A stretch of DNA of 64,000 nucleotides from Takakia lepidozioides (Eukaryota; Plantae; Bryophyta). The stretch spans positions 39,432,001-39,496,000 of the forward strand of contig CM060732.1 in assembly GCA_030704615.1 (NCBI GenBank). Direction: 5' to 3'. Each line of letters opens with the position of its first letter. Within the stretch, counting starts at the first letter, position 1. Both the position numbers and the translations under genes were made by a program. Shown here piece by piece: positions 23,961 to 38,113 of the stretch. The notes beneath the pieces were generated by a model. The model ran no database searches. It was not told where the DNA came from and saw nothing but the letters and a program-made list of their open reading frames with translations.

Positions 23961-26440
23961 TAACAAATGACATACATAGAGAATGTCATGTCATGTATCT
24001 TATGTGAAGGTCGCACAGTTTGTAACCAATCACAGAAGTTGACAATCATAATTGGTGTGGTGACCGGATAGTATTAGCAGCGTCGTCAAGATCCATGATT
24101 CTTCATTTGTGATGATATCTTAGAACAGTGTACCTTTAAGTTCCAGTAAGTAGTGGCTACGTAGTACTACTAACTCTGTGAGTACTTACTCAAACTAGCA
24201 CTTGGGTGAGAGATGTTTTAGGTCGTGTGACAAATATGTTCAGTGGGTCTAATGTAAAGGTAGTATCCCAAGAGGCTCACTATGGATTTTCTAATTTTGG
24301 ATGTTGTAATTGTATCAACACATCCTAGATGTCAGCAGACATGTGCTATAAAAGAGACAATAAAATTAAAGATGGGTTAAAATTTGTATAGTAGCAACAA
24401 ACTGAGTTTCCCCATGGCGACCTTGACCGACCCACAGTATTTGTTCCGTGTCTTGTAAGCAATATCATCGTCATCTTGACCCTTGATGATAGCTATCATA
24501 GAGCAAAAAGAGAATTGAAAAATAACTAAAGAGAAAAGAACCAACTGGCAATATCATCACAAATTAGAATCCAAATCTTCATAACTAGAATGAAAATTTG
24601 AGTTTGAGTTGTGTGATTGTATTGACAAATTTGTTGTGGTCTTTCGTGGGCGTTACCGTCTATTCTGATAATAGGAAGGAGACGGAATATGCGTATGTCT
24701 ATATTATTAACTCATGTGGTTGAAAAGATTGAAGATTTGTCTTATTCACCTCACACTAGGAAAATTGCGCATTCCCAACTCTTCCATGGAAAACCGCGTA
24801 ATCTACAACTGAGTTACCACCTCTTTCTAGCCTAGCCCACCATAATGTACATATATGTTGCAATAATGTCTCATACAATATGTTCATATGGGAGACCTTC
24901 AAGGGCCCACACTTCAAAGTTGATTTTCTAATTTATTTGGGATTTGAAATGAATCTGCATGTGTTATTTTCAGAATATCTACACCATTATGTATGGTTGA
25001 ACGTTCCCATCAAATATTACGTTCCTCACACTAATAACGTTGCAAAAGATTGCATACTCTGTGAATACTTCCATAATGTTATAGTTAATTTTTTTCATGG
25101 TTGTTTATAGTACCATATTTTATCTCTCCACTGGCCAAAACATGTCATCATCTCATTACTTTGAAAGTTTCATGTGACAGTGAGGAGTCAAACCTCTCTT
25201 TGATAGACGAAAGACATTATGCAAACATTATTGATGGCATTATTCCAAGAAAGTAGGGAGACCATTTCCCAAAGATGATACCAAAAAGAAATCATGCCAA
25301 CATTGTTGATGGCATCATTCCAACAAAGTTGGGAGACCTTTCCCCCAATATTTTTCTTGCATGTTCATGCCATGTACATATCTACCATCCAAATATGGGA
25401 AAAGGTCGAGAGAATTTTGTCAATACTAGTACTAACGAGTCTTTTTTATATTATTTTGAAATAGGTCATCCTACACTCTTGATTTTTTCACGATTTGACG
25501 AGGCCGGCAAAATGATGACTTGACTGCGGTTGACGTGTCTGTACAATACCACAACTCTCATCCATGGGCCCAACAAAGTTGCAAGCTCCCAATCACTCCC
25601 ACCAATCATAGTGTCCGGAAGGATAGTTAGGTGTATAGGCTTATATCCGAAATTTGACATACCGACTAAGCATCTTGCAACCTCGGACTCTTGTAATGAC
25701 TCTTGGGATTACACATGTATTTTCACTTCTTAAGAAGAATCCATGTTATTTCTTAGCTTTTATTAAAATATATGAGAATATATATATATATTTCTAATTT
25801 ATAATATTTTTATGTTACAAAAATATAATTTTGAATTTTGAATTTTTTGTGAGGGAAATGGGAGCGAAACTGAACTTCAAATCTTCATTCAAACTATTCA
25901 GAGGGAAAAAATTGAACCATTGGATAAGCCACACGACATAGACACTAAAATGTTACATTGATAAACTTTTAAACTCTAAACCACTAGGAGGAAAAAAAAT
26001 AAAAATGAAATAGCCTTCTCTAGAGCATGAAAGTTTTTAAAAAACTAACAAGGTCCCAATTTATTTATAGCCAAATTTTGACGAACTTATAACAATTTGA
26101 ACGATGAAACCAAACCAAATGCAACTTTCGAGACTTTAAACCAAACATTCACAAATGAAAAAAGAACGAAACTACTAGGACTAATATTTGGCCTTTGGAT
26201 CAACAAAGTAGTGTAGGGGCCATTTCGACACAAATTCTAATATTTCAAATATTGTTGAAAATTTTGAAATTTTATTTTATGAAATTAAATAACTTTGTGA
26301 ATGATAATAAAACATCTTTGGAAATATGTCATATGTCGAAATGGAATTCTCAAAATAAAATAAATATTCGACAAATGACTGTCGATCTTGCCAAGGCACT
26401 ACAGTAGTTCACATTGGCGTTGGTCTACTATACGACCTAA

Positions 26441-27071
26441 CCCCTAAACAACAACACGACCGGATTCAGTAGTTTGCCACAATCCACCTTTCGTGGGTGT
26501 GAGTGGATGGAAGTGGGTCCCCAAGGTAAAGTGAGGGGTTTAGGGAGAAGCACATGTTGGAATTTAAAGCGCCCTAAAATATTAAAAGCTATGCTCCATA
26601 GAATTTTTCAAAGTGCCAGGGGTCTGGAAATCCAGCGTTGACTTGCTTACGTGGCAGGCCAAATGAGGAATCTTGAAAACAACATCTAGGGCTCACATTT
26701 TATCAAAATACCAATTTATTTTGACAAAGCACTAAGTAATGTTAAAGTGTGCACTTACCAAAGGAATTAGAAACAAATATCACGTCATGGCTCTATTGCT
26801 ATATTGCATTTTCCAGTGTTGTTTCACTTGCATTGTACCCCCCTAATTGCGTACAAAGGTGCCATGTCATAGTTTATGAATTTGGTCCTTAAGATTTTCT
26901 TGGAGTTGAAACAAAAACCCCATGGTAAATTATTATAATCTCCCAAAGTTCGTGACAGTCATTTCTTCTGAAATTTTCTCACCACTTGCATGTAGTAGGT
27001 AACTTAACTGCCAGTTTGTAAGGGTCCCATTTTTGAGGTGGCCCACCAAAAACACTCTCTGCACTTAGGGG
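26441..27071. mobile_element. piggyBac-like non-autonomous element (older copy)
   Basis: CTAA|CCCCTAA ... TTAGGGG|TTAA. Internal homology to 51368-52144 (CCCAAGG.AAAGTGAG, GGAATTTAA.GCGCCC, GAC.GTCATTTCTTCTGAAATTT, GGGTCCCATTTTTGAG). Confidence 0.7.
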
Positions 27072-28730
27072 TTAATATTGATTTAGTAGACTCGCCCTAC
27101 GTCTAGGCAAATTACAACTTCTATTTCTCGTCTCTGTAGCATAACTCCAAAGACGTTTTACCCTAGCTCCTTGGAGCATGGGATTAATTAATCAAATGAT
27201 TAAATTTTTAATGGTATTTTGATATGTCAGTTTGATTAAATATTGATGGGGAGCTGCTTAACATTAGAATCAAACAAGACATCCTCCTTAGACATCATTT
27301 GAATGTCAAATGTTTTTGCAACATTTATTTCATATAACATGGAGGTGAATGTTGCACACTTCCATGTATGATCTTGTTTTAGTTTGTTGCATTACATTCC
27401 GATGCAAAAATTTGCTAAGCTTCCTGAATAAAATGTAATCTGATCGCCAATATTTAATTTGATAGATTGAAAAAATATATATGTGATATAGATAAGAATG
27501 ACTATGGATATCTTAGCATGTCTAAGCTACTTTCTTCCCATCTCCTAAGATCAAGATGCGTATGCACCGGATGTACTAGGAAAAATCCAATATTTCACAT
27601 TGGATTTAACATGCTATAAATTTGAACGCACGCTATTTAATTATGCACTCCAATTTTCCTTGGGGAATCCACGTTCCTCTTTCTGTTAGGGGTGATACTG
27701 CTGAGATCCATAATCCATTTATTTTGTATGCTTGTTAGCTGAGAGAAATGCAATGCCGGGACATTCTACCAACAAACAAGTCGATGTGCACACACTAAAT
27801 ATATATGCGATCTCCAGCCTCCGATCACTCCTTCAGAAACTAACTAACTAGGAGTGAGGAAGAGTTGATAAATCCCCATAGAAGAACAAATTGCACTAGT
27901 AGCCTTAAAACAACAAGACCTCATTATTTTGATGAAGTCAATGTATGATATCTTGCTCTAAGAACCATTAGTTCTATGCAAGCACATTGCATAAAACACA
28001 AACAAAATAATCATGTTGAACTTTCCACTTCATTCCATGCACACTCCTAAAACTGAACTAGCTGATGCAACTAATGACACCCTCAAATGAGCATATTTAT
28101 GTGCCTTCACATGCATGTTGTGAGAGAAGTGGGAAATGGTTGTATGGAGAGATTGTTGGCCAATGTCAATTGTTATGCAGGTTGATGCATTTGCATGTCC
28201 ATATATTGAGGATAGCTTGATAAGTTGTCTTTTTTTAAATATGGTGAATATGAATCCAACTCATCAATCAACTCATCAATCGCTCAAAGATTTCATGTAA
28301 GGTTTGGGGCCGCAATATATAAAGTAGTATTTTCCCACTAATGTCGGTGCTTCTAGATAATGTCGTTGGAGAGGATAAAGGGATAAGTTACATCTTATGT
28401 ATCTGGATATATACCCGGATATAAGAAATATACCCGCCCAACACTGCAAATTACCTTGGACTAGGACTTAATTCCCATTGGATCATCCCCTCATCGAACA
28501 CAAGGTGACAAGTTTTGGTCACATGTGAGTTGGAACACATTTCTGCAAATCATGCACCTAACCTTATCCTCCACAAACAAAGGGTCAAATCCCCCCCCCA
28601 CCTTTTTTTTTGAATCCTCCACATTGCCACAAACAAAGGGTCAAAAAAAAAGGCGGGGGGGCTAATTTGTGGGATTCCCATTTAAACGCGTTAACAAATG
28701 GTTGATTTTGCAACAAGTCAGGGACTGTTA

Positions 28731-29032
28731 CCAACTCAACAATTGCTCGGGATTGCGAGGAATGAAAGAAGAAGGTGCCTGGTTGTGCGATGTCCGCCTC
28801 AACAATTGCGAGGAATGAAAGAAAAATGTGCCGGATTGTGCGATGTGCGACTCAACAAGTGCTCGGGATCGAAGTCTGAAAGAAAAAGGTGCCGGATTGT
28901 GCGATTTCCGACTCAACAATTGCTTGGGATTGCGAGGAATGAAAGAAAAATGTGCCGGATTGTGTGATGTGCGACTCAACAAGTGCTCAGGATCGAGGTC
29001 TGAAAGAAAAAAGTGCCGGATTGTGCGATGTG
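28731..29032. repeat. Minisatellite, ~5 units of ~53-63 bp with A/B subtypes
   Basis: Unit ACTCAACAA(T/G)TGCTCGGGAT..CGAGG..TGAAAGAAAAA.GTGCCGGATTGTGCGATGT.CG is repeated. It lies ~1 kb upstream of the WRKY start. Confidence 0.9.
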
Positions 29033-30085
29033 CTAACGAACACGAAAAGTGAGGACCAAGTGCGAGCGGAAGTCAAGTGCGGTCCATCCTCGCGAAATTG
29101 GAGCCATGTTTGCTGGAGCACAACACAACCCACTGGCCGAGGATGAATGAATGTTGAGGATGAAAGGCGAGGATCCGTTAAGCAGCCAAGGATGGGAGCG
29201 ATCCGTCAGCGAACGACGGCCGGCCGACGTCGACGGCAACGGACGGAACGAGGCGAGCGAGCTGCAAAGACAGCGCACGTGCGGCGGCGTGGGCCCGCGC
29301 GCTATCGCTGGACTCGCTTGGCAGCTTCCGCGCGCGCTGCCGACTAGTTCGTTCGCCTCGGCTGTCCTGATCACAGAGGTCCATGGTGGTTAAAGCGAGA
29401 TCGCCATGCCTTCCATTCCCATCTTGTTTGCAGTCTCCTTTGTGCGCTCTAGCACATCGGACTGTCTCTAGAGAACTTTGTGCGCCGATCTACGAGAGAC
29501 TGCAGACTCCTCGATCGGCATCTGTCTCCGCACAACTTTGGAGGTTGAAATCTCTCGAAAGAGAGTTGTAAGTACTAAGGTGTAGATAGCTTTCTTCAGT
29601 CCCACAGGATTGTAAATACTGTTCAATTCTGTTGTATATTCTAGCTAGCTTTAAAACGTAGCCATTCATTGGTGTTGAATTCCACCTTGTTGTGACGGTC
29701 TTTGCTGGAATTAGAGGCGAGATCTGTAGAGGAGACTTGTGAAAGCTGTATTTTGGACCCCACCCAAAACATTGTGAATAAGTCGAACGATCAGATCGCT
29801 CTAGGGAGATTTCGAGACGCAACTAAATTGCTACTGAAATAGTCGTGGTAACCAGTTGATTCCTTGCTAAATAGTGTATATATGATCTAGGACTTGTTTG
29901 TTAGCAGCATCTGGAAACTATTGACACCATCGTGCAGTGATTTCCTCCTCGCCCTCAGTCTCTGTACTTCTGTCTGAATCCCTCCCCCCCAAGTCTTCAC
30001 ACTGGAAACCACTCAGTCTCTCACGGTCACCCACTCAAAGGACTCGTCCGACACCGTCACTCGTTTGCTCCGACGCTTATCCGGG

Positions 30086-32918
30086 ATGGATCATGGATAT
30101 TTGAGCCAAACAATGGCCAGGATGGGAGGCGAGCAATGGGCTTCAGTGCAGAGTGTGGAGAAGGTGGAAGAGATGCTGAACAGGGTCATTCTAAACCAGG
30201 AGGACTTGTGGGGTATGCTTATGCTACACTCCCATGAGGGCGCTTCAGTGGATCTTGAAACTGGCCAGACTACGACCGAGCTGATTCCACCCACGATTGC
30301 GAGGGCTCTAAAAGCTAAGCTCGAAAACTCCATGGACTGGTGTCAGCTGGCCCGCTCTCGCCTAAAAGAGATTCAAGAATCTCTTGGACAGTCGCCAATG
30401 GCCCCACAGCCAGCGTTGGGAAGGTCTGGTGCAGGAATGCTGTCACAGGTAGCCAGATTTCCAACTTTGAACAGAGCTTCTGTCCGTCAGCCCAAGGTGG
30501 AAAACTCTTCAAGGTTGAGACATGCGCCTTTGAGTCCAATTCATGTTCCTATACGGTCGCCCCACCCTGTCGCAGGCACATCCTTTCCTTGCTACAGCGA
30601 AGGCAGATCAGGCAGTGGACAAAGTCCAATGAATTTCTTCGTGCAGACCCCTACAGTGGCTGCTCCTACCCTATCAGGTAATTCTTACACACTACAGCTG
30701 CTTCACGTACTGATTCACTAAACCAAATTTCCGCCCCTGGTGTGTTATATTGATTTGCCATTGCCCACAACAGGTCTGCTCTCCTCGGTTACCACTTGGT
30801 ATTTGAGCCTGGGCTCGCATTTCACACTTTTCTTACTAAGTAGCTGGCAGACCCAGTCGAGAAGTGAGCGATCAGAAGATACAAATTTGTAACAGATTTT
30901 TGGATGTGCGTGAATCAAAGTAGGCATACTTGCTAAGTCCTCCACGGAGGAAAGTATTATCTTCTGCTCGCTGCTGCATAAGTGCGAACTTACCTTTGAA
31001 AAGGACAGACGTTCGTAGCGTGTATGCATGCTCAAATGCATCATTTCCCAGTGCAGGTGGAATGCGTACATGGCCTCTGACTCTTGAGGTACTGCAGGTC
31101 TAGCACACGTTTCCTGCTAGTATCTGAATACAGGTTCAAAAGATCAGATCTATGTTATAGTCGGCCTTAAAAGTGACTGAACTCGTCAATGGTTGCACAG
31201 GATGTGCAGGTGAGACAATGACAGCGCCCTCGGAGATGTTTGCTCAGGCTGATGGGCTGAACACACTGCTAGATTCCGATTGGGAACTAAGCATCTCAGA
31301 CTCCATGGTCCCACCATTCGCACTTGATAATCAACTCTCCGCTCGCCAAGCTATTAATTTGGATGCTGCGGTCCCGACCAGCGAGGTTGCGGACACTGCA
31401 GAAACTGGACTTACACATTTTAACATGGAACTAGAGGCCCCAAACGGATCTGACTTCGGGTCCTTTAATTGCCGTAGACGGTTGAAACGAGCAGGCAGTC
31501 AAAAGCGTGACAGGTATGTACTGTCATATACATTCTTCCTCTTTAGCTGTTGTGGGAAGCTTCAATGTTCGTGCGAGGAGTGCGTACAGTGAGAGGAAGG
31601 CGGGATAAATTTGATCTGAATTGAGGTGGACTACTTCAGATTCTCCCTAGACTGGATGCTTGAGCAACCACATCTGGGGTTTGACATATTCTAATCCTAT
31701 GATTTCAGAGAAATGAGCGCCGAAGATCCAAAACCAGCAGTCATCTACCAGCGTCTCAAACCTGGAATAGATACAAAAAAGGGCATTCCAGATGACGGGC
31801 ATCGGGGCTGGAAGAAGTATGGCAACAAGTCCATCCAAAACGCAAATTTTTGCAGGTAAACCCTCGATCCCTCAAACCCTCCACTGATCTCTCGATCTCC
31901 TCCCTCGCTCTCCTCACTCACTCCGTCACCACTCACTTGGGCTCACATGTGCATGCGAAAAGTTAAGCATGCATGGTGCATGGTGCTGACCAGTTGAGCT
32001 GTACTCAATATGAGATTGCACCTGCTTCTAAGGCTGCATGTATCCATTGCACGGTCCCTTGACCTTCCACGCTAGTTTGTAACCCATATATACGAGCAGG
32101 GTTGGTGTTGCTGGGCCATTTGACGTATGCTAGAGCACTTTCTGAAACCCGTCATGAATGTGAAGTGTCTAGATCTAATCTGATCTCTTAAGTTAAATGT
32201 ACTTACCTAGAATCCCCAGTCAGCGAAACCATCCCCTTTCAATAGTGGGGAAATGGGCTCAGCTCGAGCTATTATCCTACATGGCTGACTGGCAGTCGGG
32301 GCATGTTACAGAGGGTACTACAAATGTAGCGTGAAGGAGTGCGCTGCCAAGAAGATGGTGCAACCCACCGACAAGGATCCAACGATATTTGAAGTTACAT
32401 ATGTGGGAACTCACACCTGCTCCAACACCGTTCCACGAAAGAGACAGCAAAGAAATAATCGTACTGCGACTTCAGCACATGCTCAAGTTCAACCGTCCAC
32501 TTCACCAGAAGCTGCAAAACAACTAGGTCCAGACACTCCTGACAAGGAAAAAGATGTCCATGGCAGATCAGAGGTTGAAGCTTCCTCTCAGTGGCAACTG
32601 CGGCCTGGCCAGATTGTAGGATCCGATCTTGAGAGCCTCGAAGGACCCTCGTCTGAGTCCAGCAGGGGGAGTGAAGACTGGACTTTCCCGTCGGAGGATG
32701 GAGAGGGCGACAGTGATAGCTATCTAATTAATAACACAGCGGCACAAAACTTTCAGAATGATAACACTGTTTACAATTTCCCAGATTCGCTGCTTTGGCC
32801 ACCAGACATCCTCCAGGACCATAATCTCTCCGGTCATTTTACCACTTTCAATGTCTCAATAGGCCTGAGTGCCCTTGAGCACTCAGAGACTAGTATGATG
32901 ATCCCGGTGGCACCATGA
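30086..32918 (+). CDS. WRKY: WRKY transcription factor, variant (WKKYGNK; C-X4-C-X23-H-X-C finger), 4 coding exons
   Basis: Exons 30086-30677, 31210-31513 (alternative in-frame acceptor 31201), 31709-31855 and 32312-32918 join in phase to give IPDDGHRGWKKYGNKSIQNANFCR|GYYKCSVKECAAKKMVQPTDKDPTIFEVTYVGTHTC. The typical phase-2 intron falls in the Arg codon. Confidence 0.92.
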
Positions 32919-34314
32919 CATCACCGTGCACCATGGTGAGTCCCACATTTGCAGGATGCCAGACAGGTATCCTGGAACCCGGTTGAGCTACAATTTTAGT
33001 TCTAACTTTCTCGTGAATTTAAATCTGGAATAGGGGATAGGTCCTTACAAACTGTACCACTAACTCGTAGATATTAGCATTTGAAGATAATTTCGGCAGA
33101 GAGGTCTGAACCACATCTAGTGATCAGTGCTTGTACAGTTTGTACAAATTGAAGGTACCGTTCCTGTATACATTCAACGTTTGATAGATCGCCCATTAGA
33201 GAGCACCTAATCAGTGCCCAGTTGAGACGGATCGGGCCTGGTGCTTCAAATTTTTCATTTGTACGATCGTTGTAACAGTAGAGTTATTTGCCACTAGAAC
33301 TGTCAATTTGAAGTTTTGGCTGAACGATCTGTTAGGTTATAGATCTAGTTGTGAATTGATCTGTTGTGAATTGATCTGTACAACAAAGTGTAGGAGGACC
33401 TGAATAATTCAACATTCATAATTTTATCATTAAACTTGTGTTAACAAACGTGTGCGCTGATTCCACCCTGACCGTGCACAGGTGACTGCATGGGATCACT
33501 ATCGTGGCCGTGAAGTTCTTTCTCTTCTCATAGATATACCTGATCGGTGTGAATAATGTTATAAATCTTCTAGCTATTTAGACGTTCCTCTAAGTTGTGT
33601 TGAGAGTCCTGATTTCAAGACATCTCGTGGAGATGAGTTGGCCTTTGGTTCAGTTTTCAAATGCACAATTGATGGATGATTGTTGCATAAGTAGATCAAC
33701 TTTCTAGTCTAACCTAGGTTGCTCTACAGCGAATCATGTACTCATTATTCCTGCTAGATGTTCAGTTGATGCATGGAGACTTGCTCAAGAATATGGCTTC
33801 CGGCCCGAATCTCATCGGACCCAATCGAATTTGAAGTGCCATTGGCATGTACATGACGCATTGTGCAGTGCAGTGTACTAGAAAATGTCACCTCTGAAGG
33901 GCACTATTGTGTAGCTCATACATGTCCAGTGTTTAAAGGCGCAGGAAGTGAGACTGAGCTGCCTCTGCCTCTGACCAGATCTCCGTCCTACATCTGGGGA
34001 CTACGTTGAATTCGAATAGCCGCCGTCTAGGCCCGCATGCGCTTGAAGATACATATGGAAACGCAGACTCGAATTATTTAGTACTCTCCTTCTAAGACAC
34101 CGTTAAATGTGTCGACCTTGATTCTCGCTTTAGCACCATGCAGCATGCAGTTTAACCACTTTAAGAGTTGACAAAGCACCCATGCACGTGCGAGATTTTG
34201 CACAATTTCTGTCAATTACCACGGCACTTTTTAAGTGCTGGATCCAGATCTACCTAGATCATTTATTGCCAATTCAAAATCATCTACAGACAGTGGTCAG
34301 CAGATCAGCTCTCC

Positions 34315-34836
34315 AGATTCAGTCGAGTATAAAGGCCCGAATTCAGACATATCTAGAGTTCATTGACGGTTGACCAGTCATCGTTATGAAAAGTGACGTC
34401 TACAGTCCTCGGTTTCCTAATGAACTTTAATTTCAGCAAAACCTCCGGAGGTCAGTATTAGGTTTCTTAATGGACATTAACTTCAGCAAGTCCTCCGGAG
34501 GTCAGTACTCGGTTTCGTAATGGACTTTAATTTCAGAACCCGGAGGTGGGTGGAGGTGCGTGGGATGCCCAAACCTCAAAAGCTGCTGGCATTAGATCAT
34601 AGAAATATGCAATTCTAGAAAACTAACAAGGAGATCCAGTCGAGTCTTGGCCTGAATTCAGATATATCGAGTTCGTTGGGGGTTGAGTCATCCTTATGAA
34701 AAGTGACGTTTACAGTCCTCGGTTTCTTATCATTGGGCTTCATTTTCAGCACGAGTGGGGTGGAAGTGTGTGGGATGCCCAGACCTCCAAAGCTGTTGGC
34801 ATCACATCATAGAAATAGGGAGTTCTAGAAGACTAG
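34315..34836. repeat. Nested direct repeat: two diverged ~200-bp units, the first with an internal 3x ~50-bp expansion
   Basis: CAGTCGAGT...GAATTCAGA...TTATGAAAAGTGACGT.TACAGTCCTCGGTTTC...GTGGGATGCCCA.ACCTC.AAAGCTG.TGGCAT...TTCTAGAA occurs at ~34320-34625 and ~34637-34836. Confidence 0.8.
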
Positions 34837-36643
34837 ATATGTAGGGAAGCAGGTATCAGCTTCTTTTGAACTTCCACTGACTGGAGCTACAATTAATCAC
34901 AAAGCACCTCCAGATTTGAACCTCATCGTGCATGGATCAAGTTTCAACCCGTGGAAACCGAGGTCAGAAGCTAATCGACAGTAGTTTTGACCCACTGATT
35001 GTGAGCGAGCACCAACAATACAGAGACTATTGTTGCTCAAGATCATTGCAGAGCTACTGTTTATTGTCAAGCACTAGTGTTGGCAGCACGCAACGTCTTG
35101 AAGGTTTATCTTTGAACCAAAAAATCAAGATCAGGAATATTTCTCGAATATTTAAGACATGCAGGACCTCCTAATATGACCAGGGCAGCCCTTACCAATC
35201 CGTTACGCGTGGACCACAAAAGACAACATTTCGACCACTTACTGCCAATTACTTCCAAGGCTGGTAGTTGCTCCGGGCATCTTGGTGCCCACTATAGATC
35301 AGGAGCTTTCTGTACACTGTGTAGCATTGGTGCAACCGCCGAACTTTCCAACTTGTGAAAATTCGGGTTGTATTGAAATCGCACACAAGCTAGGGCTGTG
35401 ATCACGTGCTAAAACCACCTTCGCCGACACTGCCCCGCAAGAAGGGCCAAGAAGGATGATCCCAGATCCATTTGTCCTCTCTGGCTAACAACCATGTTAT
35501 TATACCCTAGCTAGCTGTTAGAGAAACCAATCTAGAACAAGTGCAGTAAGTCACACTGACGCTACTGCCAGCGGCTTACACTGAGTGCTCAGTGGATTTT
35601 ACTTAGTCATGGACTATGACTCCCGACAGAGATAGTACGTTGGGTCTCCCCTCAGATTGGCAAAGAACAAGTGGGTGCTTGCAGGGTGCAGGGTCATGCG
35701 CTGCGGAGTCCCAACCAAGACGTGCTTCCCTATCTCTCTCTCTCCACGCAAACACAGACCACAGACCTGATTTGGCTTGTAGACTTCTTCACACTCAGAT
35801 TTTTTTTCCCACAAAAAGCAAAGGGGAGACCGGATGCTGCACATCGTTGGTATCTTGAAGAGATTATTTGACTTGCAATCCGGCAGTGCTGCTATAGGAC
35901 ACACATCCCTCTTCTTTAAGAACAATATCTTGGGAAAAAACAAAACAAAACAAAAGATATTTGATAAAAATATCTAAAACTATATTTTTACAAAATATGA
36001 TCAGCAACTATTTTTGTTTTTGGGCCAGCCTGGCTGTCACCCAGAAAGGGACTTACTATAATTGCATTTAGTGGAATTCTAAGCAGTATTGATATATGTA
36101 TGAAACATATTGAACTCACTAACTATTCGGAAAATATTATCCATATGGTCCAAATTTGCTTTGGCTGTTTAGGGTTAGTCCAACATAAACTGTAAGCAAG
36201 GACCCCCGAAAGTGCTAGGCATCCATGAGATGTGTCTGCTCAAAATAGTGGGTGAGAGGAAAAGACACCAACAAAGACAAAGTTAAAAGTTTGTCCATTA
36301 TTGTCAAACTAGGAGAAATCAGATTTAGGGCATAATGGAGAAAAATACAGAAAACCCAAGCCTAAAAAAACAAGTTGGCTAGTAGCCAATGATTCCACCA
36401 GATCTGTATTTAAATGATTGAATGTTCAAATAATTGAAAAATAGATGTAGAATTAGATTTTAAATACATATATGCAATGTGTTTTTGGGCCATAAGACAT
36501 TTGGTACATTGTTTGGAATGGAAAGGACAACTATGAATGGATAAAATTGAAAAAAAAACTCCAAAATTCTGAGGATAAATTTTTGTAAGATGAGTTCTAT
36601 ATCAAGAGTATTTATATATAAGTTGATGGTTGTCGAATTGACT

Positions 36644-38113
36644 GTAACTTATGGTGTCACTTCATCCCCACAAGGCTAGTAATGTCTTTCCGTAAGAAAG
36701 GTGGATATTTTTAAATGACTAAACTGGAAACATTTAGCTACAGCTGCAGATGTGAATAATGACTTGGGTCTCTCTGTTCAATTAGATGCTGTGGCTGCCT
36801 AAACTTCCACCAATGACTTTAAAATTCCCTGCACCCACACATTAAATATCTGGTTGATCCGGGATCTTTTTATTGCTGGTTGGTTATAACGGAGGACATC
36901 CAATCATGATATCATTGCATTTATCGATTTAAACCCACAACCCTTGAAAGGTGACCTTGTGCCCTAAGCAAAGTTATGCTTGTCTTACATATATCTATAT
37001 GTTAAGTTTGGTAGCTTTGTCCCGCAAGGGATAGAGGCATTGTGGAGACATCTTGCCTAGGCGGAGAACTAGGCTTATCCGTTAAGCCTAGTCTATGGAG
37101 GGTTGATGGGCATGATTCATGAAGCCATAGGCATGACAACCCCAAAATCAGGAAAGAGCAAGGACCGAGCCTCTTGTGGTGGAGCCTCTTGTTTTGTTTT
37201 GTTTGTTTTGTAGCTTTGTTAAGATCTCCCAAACTAACATTCTAGAACTAACATGAGAGACTATCATATTGGTATGTGCATCAATGTAAGGGTTAGTAGC
37301 AGGTTGTAGGCTTGGGCTTCATTTAATTGGTCTTGTACGTATTAAACATGTTCTGCACATTGATGATTAATGTTTAAGGATGATAGCTCTTAAGTTGGAT
37401 GAAAATAAGCATGTATCATTACCAACCACCATTGCACGTATCTTGATTTATTTTGCAGACGAGTATGACAACTGGACAACAGGTGGACGACTCAAGATGA
37501 AACACTATTAATATCTAATCTAGAGTATGTCGATCAGTTGGGTCATAATGAATTTTTGAAGTATATAATTTGAATCTTACATATTTATGACACTTTGACT
37601 ACACACTTGGATGATCGGCTCTAACCGGTCATACCTTTATAGATTACCGACTATAGCCGGTTCAATATTTTGAAAAAAGTTATCTCGGAAAAATAGATAC
37701 GTGTAAATAGCATCCATTGTACCAAGGTACCTTTTTTGATGAGGCTATTTATGGTGTGTAGAGTTGAGTCAAAATGTTGTGAACCGCAAAAAGGCCTCCA
37801 CCCGGGATCTTATAATGCTGGAAAGCCCTCCATGACTATGGGTGCATGGAGGGCGTTTCATAATTTTTGAACCTCTGGTGTGGGAGATATTGAATTTCAA
37901 GTATTTTTCATCATTGAAAATTCATGAAAGTTGAAAATGTGCTCAACAGGACACGTCACACTAGTATATTTAAAAGAAGATTCAATGAACAATGTCCAAG
38001 AAAATGTAATAGATTTAATTGAAATAAAAAGTGTGCATGTTATGTGTGGACAATATAATTATTACTATTACGAAGGCAGCAACCCTTGACGCTGAAGTGA
38101 CACCATAAGTTAC
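36644..38113. mobile_element. DNA transposon derivative with perfect 21-bp TIRs, superfamily unassigned
   Basis: GTAACTTATGGTGTCACTTCA (36644-36664) / TGAAGTGACACCATAAGTTAC (38093-38113). No clear TSD. Confidence 0.8.
37090..37235 (-). repeat. Dispersed repeat, Helitron-like 3' end (copy 1)
   Basis: Homologous to 48469-48590 (TGGAGGGTTGATGGGCATGATTCATGAAGCCAT...GGAAAGAGCAAGGAC.GAGCCTCTTGTGG). The adjacent (CAAA)n segment resembles 39350-39402. Confidence 0.55.

Noticed and set aside
28731-29032. CRISPR-like array
   Set aside because: Units are contiguous with no unique spacers, there are no cas genes, and the context is eukaryotic.
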